Of a DNA stretch of 64,000 nucleotides, positions 9,116-17,986 are shown piece by piece. The number at the start of each line of letters is the position of its first letter. Position 1 is the stretch's first letter. Both the position numbers and the translations under genes were made by a program. Below the pieces are notes generated by a model. That model was not told the DNA's origin and made no database searches. It saw nothing but the letters and a program-made list of their open reading frames with translations. The DNA comes from Chloroflexota bacterium (GTDB lineage Bacteria > Chloroflexota > Dehalococcoidia > Bin125), in NCBI GenBank assembly GCA_003228175.2, contig QGNQ01000003.1:28360-92359 (forward strand), given 5' to 3'.

Positions 9116-10543
9116 CTACGACATGTTCAGAGGAGCCAACTGCTCCTCGGTGGGCTCCGCTCAACAGAACCAGGCTTCGGAGAGGCCGGGGACCCAGCCC
9201 GCGGGCGGCGACTCAGGTCGTGGCAAGGGCAGGCCGGCCGCCAGGGCGGCGTCGGAGCGGATGCGGGTGAAGACGCGGGCGTTGTCGGTGGGCTCGTCGT
9301 GCTTGCAGGAGACGCGAGCGACGAATTCGGCGAGCTTGGCCTGCAAGGCGTCGACGGCGGGGTCTGGGTTGCGCCAGGTGTGCGTGAGACCGTCGGGGTC
9401 GAAGCCGGTCAGGTGGCCGTCGGTTTGCGCTTGGGCGATGAGCGGGGAGCCGGGGGGGAGCAGCAGCCGCAGCCCATATTGCACGGGGGGCACGCTCTGG
9501 ATGAGGTCGTGGCGGGCGATGAAGTCCAGGATGGCGTTGAAGTCATTGAGGGTGGTCCAGGGCGTGAAGGGCAGCCAGGTGGGGCGAAGGGGGAGTCCGG
9601 CGTCGCGGGTGAGGGTGAGGGCGCGCTCCATGTCGGCGGCGGTGTGGCCTTTGTCGAGGCGCTGGAGCAGGGCGTTGTCGACCGACTCGAAGGCGCTGGT
9701 CACCCAGGCGACGCCGAGGCCGGGGAGGGCGCCCGCCTCCTCTTCATGCTCCAGCAGGTGCTCGACTTTAATCGTGACGTCCAAGCTGAGGCCGGGGTGA
9801 CGCCGCGCGAGGATGCGCAGCAGCGACATGGCGTGGGGCACGGCGTTGAAGAAGTCCGGGTCGCCGAAGGTGATGTGGCGCGCGCCCAGCGCGAGTTGGG
9901 CGTCGATGTCGGCGAGGACGATTTCGGGCGGGACGAGGCGCAGGCGACCGGCGTACGTGGGCGTCAGGGGGCAGTGTGTGCAGCGGTGCGCGCAGCCGCG
10001 CGTTGCTTCGACGTAGCCGGCGAGTCGTTCTTGGGGGGCGCCGTCGGGCAGGACGATGGTGGCGCGGGCGTATTCATCGAGCGAGGGCAGGCCGCTGCGA
10101 TCGGGCAGGGGCATCGCCTCTCGGGGGAAGAGCGGCTGCGGGCCGGCGCCTGCGACCGCCAGTGGAGTGCGCGTCTTGATGGCGTCCGCCGTCGCGACCA
10201 GGGGGCCTTCGTACTCGCCGCCGATGACCGCGCTGACGGGGGAGTCGTCGGGCAGGTGCGCCGCCAGCTGTGAGGCGTAGAGGCCGTAGAGCACGATCGG
10301 CGCTTCGAAGTTCTGCTCGCGCAGTTGCGCGGCGAGTCGCAGGGCGAGTCGCGAGGCGGTGTGCATGGGCACGGAGATGGCGAGGAGGTCGATGTCGGCG
10401 AAATGGGAAGCCGCGGCGGGCTGGACGGCGAGATCGAGCGTGCGCACGTCGTGGCCGGCGTCGCGCAGCGCGGCGGCGGGAGAGGCGAGACCGAGCGGCT
10501 GATGGCCTTGCTCGTAGGCGGAGACGAGGAGAACACGGGTCAC
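9116..10543 (-). CDS. CUAEP-tail radical SAM (seleno)protein with B12-binding-like N-terminus; Sec predicted at TGA 9161-9163
   Basis: CAHRCTHC radical SAM motif. The end reads TGG TTC TGT TGA GCG GAG CCC ACC GAG GAG CAG...TCG TAG = WFC-U-AEPTEEQLAPLNMS*. Confidence 0.85.
9130..9148 (-). promoter_or_regulatory. SECIS-like hairpin for the radical SAM UGA
   Basis: GAGGAGC-AGTTG-GCTCCTC, a perfect 7-bp stem starting at +13 after the UGA. Confidence 0.7.
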
Positions 10544-10641
10544 GGCCCCAGCGTAGACGCCAGGGGACGGCGGGGCGGGTAGTATGTGGCGGCTTTGGGA
10601 GCGGGTGAACGGATCCAGGCCAGGGAGCCGGGGGGTGGACT

Positions 10642-12828
10642 ATGCGACGCATCTTCACGATTCCAGTGCTGGCTGTGCTGGTGGGGCTGTTCGGGCTGCT
10701 GGGGCAGGGGGACTCGCGGCTGGTGGCGAGCAACGCCCCCGGCGGGGTGGGGGTCGCGCAGGTGCCCGATCAAGCGCCGCAGACGCGCGAGGTGATCCTG
10801 CTGGACGGCTGAAATCTGGTGGGCTGGACCGGCGGCGACGTCGCGACGAGCGTTGTGACGAACGCGCTAGGGGGCGTGTTCCGCAGCATCCACGCCTTCG
10901 GCGGAGAGACACAAGCGTTCGAGACGGTCACGGCGACGGGGCCGGCGTTCCTGAACAACCTGTCGCAGGTGGACGGCGGGGATGGCCTCTGGCTCTTCTC
11001 CCACGGCGACACGTTCTGGGAGCAACCGGTGATCACGGGGGCACGATCCGTGGCGCTGTCGGCGGGCTTCAATCTGGTCACGTGGACGGGCCTGCACGGG
11101 ATGCCGATCGCGGACGCACTGGCGTCGCTGGGCGAGGCGGTGGAGAGCGCGTTCACCTATGAGGAGCTGTCGGACACGTTCCTCAGCTTCGGCCCGGCGC
11201 TGCCGCCGGCCTTGAACACGCTGGCGGCGCTGGCCTACGGGGAGGCGCTGTGGCTCCGGGTCAGTGAGGCGCGGACGTGGGAGCAGCCCGCGCCGCCGGC
11301 GGGCAGTGTGGCAGTGAGCGCGGACGGACTGGCCTCGGTGACGGTGCCGGTGGGGCAGTCCGCCGACCTCGTTGTGCGGGCGATTCCCGCGGAGGAGTGG
11401 CCGGCGGAGATCAACGGACAGCCGGTCATCGCGGGGTACACGGTTGCCCCGGCCGCGCTCGAGCTCGCGAGCGGACTACGCACGTCCAACGGCCCGTTCA
11501 CGTCCGAATCGGGCTTCTGGGAGTTCGAGGTGACGCCGGACGGTGATCCGGCCCCGATTGTCACCCTGACACCAACCGGGTTCACGGTTTCCCCACCCCC
11601 CCGCCAGTTCTATGACGGCACGGCGGACGGCGATTTCGTCCGGACGCCTATTGAATACGGCGTCTCCGAGGCCAACCGCGTGAGTTATCGCCGGCCGTTC
11701 ACATTCGCTGATCTGTCACAGGAGGAAGTTCTGATCTTCCTGACAGACGCTCCAGCCGTGCAGGGGCTGTTCGAGTTCAACCATGAAACGGGCCATGCGA
11801 CCTTTTCGGACAGCCCGTTCGGACCATTCAGGTTCACGTACGGTCCAAATGATTCGCGCCAGACGAACTTCGATGTGCAGCCCGGCGCCGACGTCCCGAT
11901 CGCGCCGCCGAATGGCTTCTGCGCGAACGAAGCAGCACGCGGAAGCCTGGAATATCTCTTCGATACCTCCTGGGGTGACCACACCTTGAAGTTCGAAGTG
12001 ACGGACGCGGAGCTGTGCCCCGGCGGCAGCGGCGATCCCGGTGGTGGGACCTGCATGCCCGACGTACTCATCCTCGATTCGCTCTTCGATCTGATCGATG
12101 ACCAGCTGAACCCCGGGATTCTGGGATTCGACGGCCCGTTCCTCGAAGAGTTCGGTGACCGGGTAGATCAGACGCGCATCGTGGGCAGCTCGTGCCCGCT
12201 CACCGAACAGCAAATCGAGGACTGGATCGCGCCCCTCATTCCGGCGTCGCCGAGCGCAGATGGCGTCTTCGCTCCCGGCGGAGACGCCCCGCTCGGCCAG
12301 CCGTTCGATGTCTTCAACGACGATCTTGGCCTGCTGGATCACCTTCACGTCGCGCAGGCCGACGCGACGCCATACGTCATCGTGGCCATGGAGCTCGTCG
12401 ATGCGGTCCCCCTCGCCAGCGAGGACCTCTTCTTCGTCTACGCGGCCGTCTTCGATCGGGACGGCAACCCCACCAACAACTTCGTACCGCTACCGCAGTT
12501 CCCCGGGGACTACTTCCTGGGCACGGACCTCTGGTACGAGGCGAAGTACAGCCCGATCAGCGGCGAGTGGGCGCTGTCGCGTCGGATCGTGATCGGTGGC
12601 GCCCCTCGCTTCTTCCCCACCGACGCCCTGGTCCTGATCGCCGGCAACGTCATCTACTTCGTCATCCCCCAGGACGAGTTCACTGTCGGCAGCGGGGAGG
12701 ATCTGCCGTTCCGCATGACCGCCTTCACTTACGACAAGACCGACCCGTTCGGCTTCGGGGCCGGCCTGGCGGCAGGCGACACGACGCCCTTCGTGCTGGA
12801 TCCGCTGGCGTTGCTGCCGCTGCCGTAG
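10642..12828 (+). CDS. Large secreted/surface protein interrupted by an in-frame TGA at 10810-10812 (nonsense allele or recoded)
   Basis: ATG 10642 gives the signal peptide MRRIFTIPVLAVLVGLFGLLG. The frame continues ...EVILLDG-TGA-NLVGWTG into ORF 10819-12828, which contains the repeat SVALSAGFNLVTWTG. Confidence 0.7.
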
Positions 12829-12862
12829 GGCGGGTGGGGACGAGAGTGGGCGAGAGGGGCCG

Positions 12863-13477
12863 CTACTTGCTGGCGGCGCCTTCCTTCTGGGGCTGGTAGT
12901 AGGGGTTGGTGCCGGCGGCGTGGTCCGTGGTATCGACGACTTCGACGATCTCGGGGATGTGTTCCTTCACCGCCACTTCGATGCCCTGCTTGAGGGTCAC
13001 GTTGGCCATGCCGCAACCGGCGCAGCCCCCGCCCATCTCGATATAGGCCTTGTCCCCCTCCACGGCGAGCAGCGTGACAACGCCGCCGTGTGAGGCGATG
13101 CCGGGGTTGACGTACTCGTCGAAGAGGATCTGGACGCGCTCTTCCAGCGGGTTGTCCCAGACGGAGTTGGGGTTATCGAACTCCAGGCCGCTGGCCTCAG
13201 GCCCTTTGTATTCGTAATGGATGGCGACGCCGTTGAGCTTGTCGGCGTTCTCGCGCTCGACGAAGACGTGGAAGCCGTTGGCGTCGACGGTGGTGTCGTC
13301 CGGCTCCGCGCCCTGCTCGACAAGGGTGATGACGTGGTCGAATCCCTGACCGCCGCGACCGACAATCTTGAGTCGCAGGCCAACGACCGTCTCGGGATAA
13401 CCCGCGATCGCGGCGCTGAGCGCGGAGACCGCGGCCTCTGAGAAGGCAAGTTTGATCTCGCCGGTGGCGTCTGTCAT
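12863..13477 (-). CDS. nfuA: NfuA-type Fe-S cluster carrier (A-type-like domain + NifU-C)
   Basis: N-terminal degenerate HesB/IscA-like domain (GLEFDNPN); C-terminal VNPGIASHGG...MGGGCAGC...TLKQGIE...VDTTDHAAGTNPYY. Confidence 0.88.
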   Translation of the reverse strand: MTDATGEIKLAFSEAAVSALSAAIAGYPETVVGLRLKIVGRGGQGFDHVITLVEQGAEPDDTTVDANGFHVFVERENADKLNGVAIHYEYKGPEASGLEFDNPNSVWDNPLEERVQILFDEYVNPGIASHGGVVTLLAVEGDKAYIEMGGGCAGCGMANVTLKQGIEVAVKEHIPEIVEVVDTTDHAAGTNPYYQPQKEGAASK

Positions 13478-13624
13478 GCCGCAGCCTCCTTCGTGTGATC
13501 CGTGATCGCATCGTAGCGCAGGCGTCGTGTGTGGAGGGCGGGCGTGATCCTGGGCACGGGCGGCGGTCGTCTGCGCCCGTATGCTGGCCGCGATAGGCGT
13601 GGCGGACTGGAGGAGGAGGGGCGG

Positions 13625-15076
13625 ATGCGCAAGCCCGACTACGACATCGTGGTGATCGGTGGGGGCCCGGCGGGGTTGGCGATCGGTCGCTTCGCACCCA
13701 AGCTGGGAGCGCGTGTGGCGATCGTCGAGGAGGGGCGGCTGGGCGGCGACTGCACATGGTCGGGCTGCGTGCCCAGCAAAGCGTTGATCGCGAGCGCGCG
13801 GGCCGCGTCGGCGGGGCGCAACCGGGCCGCGCTGGGTCTGCCGCCGTTGCCGCCGCCGGAGCGAGTGGAGATTGGGCCGGTGCTGACGCGCATCAAGGCG
13901 CTGCAGGAGCAGATCTACGAAGAGTCGGACCGGCCCGACTTGCTACCGGGTGTCGATGTGATCTCGGGGCGGGGACGCTTCGTATCGGCGGACGCGATCG
14001 AGGTGGACGGGCGCCGGATCACGGCGGCGACGGTCGTGATCGCGACGGGGGCGGGGCCCGTGGTGCCGCCGATTCCGGGACTGGCGGAGTCCGGCTATCT
14101 GACGAACCACAGCATCTGGGAGATCGCGCGACTGCCGGATCGGCTGACAGTGATCGGGGGCGGGCCGATTGGCCTGGAGCTGGGGCAGGCGTTCCAGCGG
14201 CTCGGGTCGCAGGTGACAGTGGTGGAGATGGCGCCGCAGATCCTGCCGCGGGCGGAGGCGGACGTCGCGCAGGCGCTGAGCGTGGAGTTGGAAGCCGAGG
14301 GGATGATCATCCACACGCGCACGGCGGCGACGGAGGTGCAGTGCGAGGGCGATCAGCATCGGCTCATGCTGCGCGGACCGGAGGGGGAGTTGACGGCGGA
14401 GGGCGACGCGTTGCTCGTGGCGGTCGGTCAGCGACCGAACGCGTCGGATCTGGGGCTGGAGGCGGCGGGGGTGCGGACGACGGACGGGGGCGGGGTCCGG
14501 GTCGACGCACAGTTGCGGACCTCGAACAAGCGCGTGTACGCCTGCGGCGATGTGATCGGCGGCTATCAATTCACGCACACGGCCGCGTACGAGGCGAGCG
14601 TCGTGATGCACAACGCGCTGTTCCCCCTGCGCAAGCAGCGGGCCGACTACTCCACGACGCCCTGGGTGGTGTTCACGGATCCGGAGGTCGCCGGAGTGGG
14701 GCTGACCGAGGCGGAGGCGCGGGCCAAGCACGGGGACGGGGTGCACACCTATGAACGGTCGTTCCGGGAGCTGGACCGAGCGCTGCTGGATGGTCGGTGC
14801 CCGGGGTTCTTGCGCATCGTGACGGTGGGGCGGCGGCGCAAGATCGTGGGGGCGCAGATCGTGGGACCGTCGGCGGGCGAGCTGATTCAGGAGCAGGTGC
14901 TCGCGATCTCGCAGGGCATGAACGCGATGGAACTGGCGATGACGCACCACGCCTACCCCACGCTGAACGAGGCGTCGCGTTGGGCGGCGGTGGCGGCGGT
15001 GGACGACATGCTGCGTTCGCGATCGGTGCAGCGGGTGGTGGGGATCGCGCGGGCGCTGAACAAGCGGCCTTGGTGA
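13625..15076 (+). CDS. Class I pyridine nucleotide-disulfide oxidoreductase (MerA/LpdA-like)
   Basis: GGGPAG, GGDCTWSGCVPSKAL, GGGPIGLE, YACGDV, HAYPTLNE; GGAGGAGG RBS before ATG 13625; no MerA C-terminal CC pair. Confidence 0.88.
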   Translation: MRKPDYDIVVIGGGPAGLAIGRFAPKLGARVAIVEEGRLGGDCTWSGCVPSKALIASARAASAGRNRAALGLPPLPPPERVEIGPVLTRIKALQEQIYEESDRPDLLPGVDVISGRGRFVSADAIEVDGRRITAATVVIATGAGPVVPPIPGLAESGYLTNHSIWEIARLPDRLTVIGGGPIGLELGQAFQRLGSQVTVVEMAPQILPRAEADVAQALSVELEAEGMIIHTRTAATEVQCEGDQHRLMLRGPEGELTAEGDALLVAVGQRPNASDLGLEAAGVRTTDGGGVRVDAQLRTSNKRVYACGDVIGGYQFTHTAAYEASVVMHNALFPLRKQRADYSTTPWVVFTDPEVAGVGLTEAEARAKHGDGVHTYERSFRELDRALLDGRCPGFLRIVTVGRRRKIVGAQIVGPSAGELIQEQVLAISQGMNAMELAMTHHAYPTLNEASRWAAVAAVDDMLRSRSVQRVVGIARALNKRPW

Positions 15077-15201
15077 CCGGGGTGCAGGATCGACGGGAGC
15101 GATCTGTGAGGGCTTCCGGGTCGTAGTTGGTAGAGTGCGACCAGCCGCGAATGTGTGCGTTGTACGTCACGTCGCGGCCAGCGGGGATGCGGGGGTGTGG
15201 A

Positions 15202-15510
15202 GTGCGGATCAACTTTTCGGAGGAGGCGCTGACGCTGGCCCAGGAGCGGGGCGGCGTGATGGCGATCGACTACATCCCGCCGATCGGTTGAGGGGGCTCC
15301 CCGGAGGTGTCGGTCGACACCTATCTCAAGGGCAAGAACACCAGCCAGTACATGCGGGTGGAGCAGGACGGGCTGCAGATTCTGGTCGCGGGGGGGCTGC
15401 AGCGCTTCGCGGAGCGGATTGAGCTGGACGCGAAGAAGTTTCTCTTCTGGCGCTCGTTTGACGTGTGGGTGGAAGCGAAACACGCGCACGGCCCCACTTG
15501 AGCGCACTAG
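15202..15510 (+). CDS. Small HesB/IscA-like candidate selenoprotein with two in-frame UGA codons (codons 30 and 100)
   Basis: GTG 15202 (or in-frame ATG 15187): MRINFSEEALTLAQERGGVMAIDYIPPIG-U-GGSPEVSVDTYLKGKNTSQYMRVEQDGLQILVAGGLQRFAERIELDAKKFLFWRSFDVWVEAKHAHGPT-U-AH*. TGA at 15289 and 15499, TAG at 15508. Confidence 0.75.
15305..15322 (+). promoter_or_regulatory. SECIS-like hairpin for UGA 15289
   Basis: AGGTGTC-GGTC-GACACCT, a perfect 7-bp stem starting at +14; the GGUC loop recalls the E. coli fdhF SECIS apical loop. Confidence 0.7.
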
Positions 15511-15515
15511 GTTGT

Positions 15516-15534
15516 GACCCGCCGTGCGCGGGTC
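15516..15534 (+). promoter_or_regulatory. SECIS-like hairpin for UGA 15499
   Basis: GACCCGC-CGTGC-GCGGGTC, a perfect 7-bp stem starting at +15; no U-tract follows. Confidence 0.6.
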
Positions 15535-15624
15535 TGTTGGCAGCGGAGCGAGGCTGGACGCATCACCCCGCTGCCGGCCCCCTCTATCGCAGCTCTCGCG
15601 ACCAGGGGAGGTGATGAGGGAGGG

Positions 15625-15699
15625 TGGAGCGGGGGACGGGATTCGAACCCGCGGCCTCCTGCTTGGAAGGCAGGAGCTCTACCACTGAGCTACCCCCGC
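15625..15699 (-). tRNA. tRNA-Gly(TCC)
   Basis: GCGGGGGTAGCTCAGTGGTAGAGC...CCTGC-CTTCCAA-GCAGG...GGTTCGAATCC...CCCCCGC-T-CCA; full cloverleaf, U discriminator, encoded CCA. Confidence 0.96.
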
Positions 15700-15784
15700 T
15701 CGCGGGCCCAGCCTACCAAGGCCATCGGCTAGTATGCCGCCGAGATCGCCGGCCCGGTCCGGCGTCGCAAGGCAGGAGGCGCGC

Positions 15785-16924
15785 ATGCAGGTCACGGGCT
15801 TCAAGACGATGGTGGTGGAGGCGGAGGAGCCGTACATCGGCGGGCGGTATTTCCTCTTCCTAGAGCTGCACACGGACGAGGGCATCACCGGCCTGGGCGA
15901 GCGCATTGCCGGGTACTAGTACTCCGGCGAGCCCGGCGCGCTGAAGGCGCACATCAGCCTGCTGGAGGAGCTGGCGGAGACGTTCGTGGTCGGTCAGGAC
16001 CCGCGCAACATTGAGCGGATCTGGGACCAGATGTACGGGTCGCGCCACGACCTGCGCCATCCCAGCCTGTACGCGACGCCGGCGATCAGCGCGATCGATA
16101 TGGCGCTCTGGGACATCGCGGGGAAGGCGGCGGGGCAGCCGATCTACAACCTGCTCGGCGGGCAATACTGGGAGAAGCTGCGCGCCTACGCCTACATGCC
16201 CAGCGAGGGCCTGGACACGCATCCGGAGAAGGCGGGCGACGTGGCCGCCCAGCTACTGGCGGAGGGAAACTCGGCCTGCAAGATTGACCCGTTCATGCCG
16301 ATCCAACCGGTGCGCGACATTCCCCTGTGGGAGATGGAGCACGCCGGCAAGATCTTCGAGAGCATCCGCAAGACGGTGGGCAACAAGATTGAGGTGGGGA
16401 TTGGCACGCACGGCCAACTGACGACCTATAGCGCGATTCGGGTGGCCAACTACTTGGAGCCGTATCACCCGTTCTGGTTCGAGGAGCCGGTGATGCCGGA
16501 GAACATTGAGGAGATGGCGCGGGTAGCGGCGCACACGAGCATCCCCATCGCGACGGGGGAGCGCCTGGTCACGAAGTACGAGTTCGCGCGGCTGCTGGAG
16601 AAGCAGGCGGCGCAGATTCTGCAGCTCGACGTGGGGCAATGCGGCGGCATCACGGAGGCCAAGAAGATCGCGGGCATGGCCGAGGCGCACTATGCCGTGA
16701 TCGCGCCGCACATGTACTGCGGACCGGTGGCGGCGGCGGCGGCGATCCAGATCAGCACCTGCTCACCGAACTTCATGATCCTGGAGGCGAACCAGGGCCC
16801 GCTGCACAAGACGATCTTCAAGCAGCCGCTGATCTTCGAGAACGGCTTCATCGTTCCGCCAACGGGACCGGGGCTGGGCGTGGAGTTCGACGAGGACGTG
16901 CTGCAGGCGCACTTAGTGAGCTAG
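15785..16924 (+). pseudogene. Mandelate racemase/muconate lactonizing (galactonate dehydratase-like) enzyme with in-frame TAG at 15917-15919
   Basis: AGGAGG RBS, MQVTGFKT...LHTDEGITGLGERIAGY-TAG-YSGEPG continuing in frame into SAIDMALWDIAGK, WFEEP, ATGERL, PTGPGLGVE. Confidence 0.75.
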
Positions 16925-16969
16925 CGGGCGGCGTTGGCCCGCGGCGGGGCGGCGACGGGGTGGCGGCGG

Positions 16970-17512
16970 CTAAATGCCGTCGCGGTAGGTGACGAAGTCA
17001 GACCCGACACGGTTGTAGGCGCGCTCCAGGGCCAGGTCGGCCTGCTCCAACAGGCGGCCGGCGGGGATGTGTGGCGGCGAGGTCACCGCGAGGCCCGCTT
17101 TGATCACCGGGAGGAAGCTGTGGCCAGCCGCGACGAGCGGGACGTGACCGGACTCCAGCATGCGCGAGACGGCGATTTGGGCGCCGATCATGTTCGAGGT
17201 GTCTTCCAGGATGATCGCGAGCTGTGTCGCGTCGAAGACGGCAACGGTGTCGCTGATGCGCAGGGGCTCCGTGACGCGGGCCGCGAGTTCGGCGCGGAGT
17301 GTGGGATCAGACTGGAGGAGCGAGGCCGCCTCCGGCGGGGCAGCGAACTCCATGAGGACGACGGCGAAGACCTCAGAGCGACGTTCGGCGCGGGCGCGGG
17401 CGTGGCGCAAGCGGTCCTCGAAGATCGCACGGCGGGGCAACCCGGTGGTGTCATCGTGTAGGAAGCGCCGAATGTCGACCGGTGGCTCGGAGGGGTTGCG
17501 CTCGCTGACCAT
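16970..17512 (-). CDS. Stand-alone degenerate GGDEF-domain protein
   Basis: HDDTTGLPRRAIFEDRL...FAVVLME; the GGDEF position is replaced by FDATQL; ends ADLALERA. Confidence 0.65.
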   Translation of the reverse strand: MVSERNPSEPPVDIRRFLHDDTTGLPRRAIFEDRLRHARARAERRSEVFAVVLMEFAAPPEAASLLQSDPTLRAELAARVTEPLRISDTVAVFDATQLAIILEDTSNMIGAQIAVSRMLESGHVPLVAAGHSFLPVIKAGLAVTSPPHIPAGRLLEQADLALERAYNRVGSDFVTYRDGI

Positions 17513-17750
17513 GCTTGCTCGCTTTCGATCGGCGGCGCGCCGTGCGACATCCGGGCGGCCGCCCCATCTTGCCTCGATCATCGGCGGCCCTAGGCACGTC
17601 CCGCAGGGGGCCGGCGCGACGTCGTTCTCGCGGTCGCGGAGGCGCGGGCGCGACGGGCTTCTGGGGGAAACCCCTACGGAAGCAGCGATCCGGTCCGATG
17701 ATCACGCTACCTGGTGCGCCATCGATCGCCGGGCAGCGAGGGAGCACGCG

Positions 17751-17960
17751 ATGCCGAATCATGACTTTCTCCCGATGTCGGACCGGCTGGCGGTGACCGC
17801 CGCCAGCGAGAACGAGACGGCCGTCATCGCGCGCGAGCTGCGCGCCGTGGCGGCGACGCTGCCAGATGCGGCGGCGATGACGCTGCCGCGCAAGCGTGTC
17901 TGGGATCGACTGTCGGCCGAGATGAAGAGTGGCGAGAGTCGCGCCCGGGGCGCGGCCTAG
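17751..17960 (+). CDS. Small hypothetical protein (69 aa)
   Basis: GAGGGAG RBS, MPNHDFLP...RKRVWDRL...; directly upstream of the sigma-like ORF. Confidence 0.5.
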   Translation: MPNHDFLPMSDRLAVTAASENETAVIARELRAVAATLPDAAAMTLPRKRVWDRLSAEMKSGESRARGAA

Positions 17961-17986
17961 TGGGCGCGGCGCTGGGGTAGGTCACG

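Noticed and set aside
13625-15076. Bona fide mercuric reductase merA
   Set aside because: No N-terminal NmerA domain, no C-terminal CC pair and no mer transport genes.
15625-15699. tRNA next to the UGA-containing genes as tRNA-Sec or a UGA suppressor; genome-wide UGA reassignment
   Set aside because: The anticodon is TCC in a standard 75-nt Gly cloverleaf with no long variable arm. Conserved genes such as gatB, pccB and tlyA end at TGA at their expected C-termini, so UGA is a normal stop.
1-15699. Genomic island integrated at tRNA-Gly
   Set aside because: I saw no integrase, transposase or duplicated tRNA 3' end in the window.
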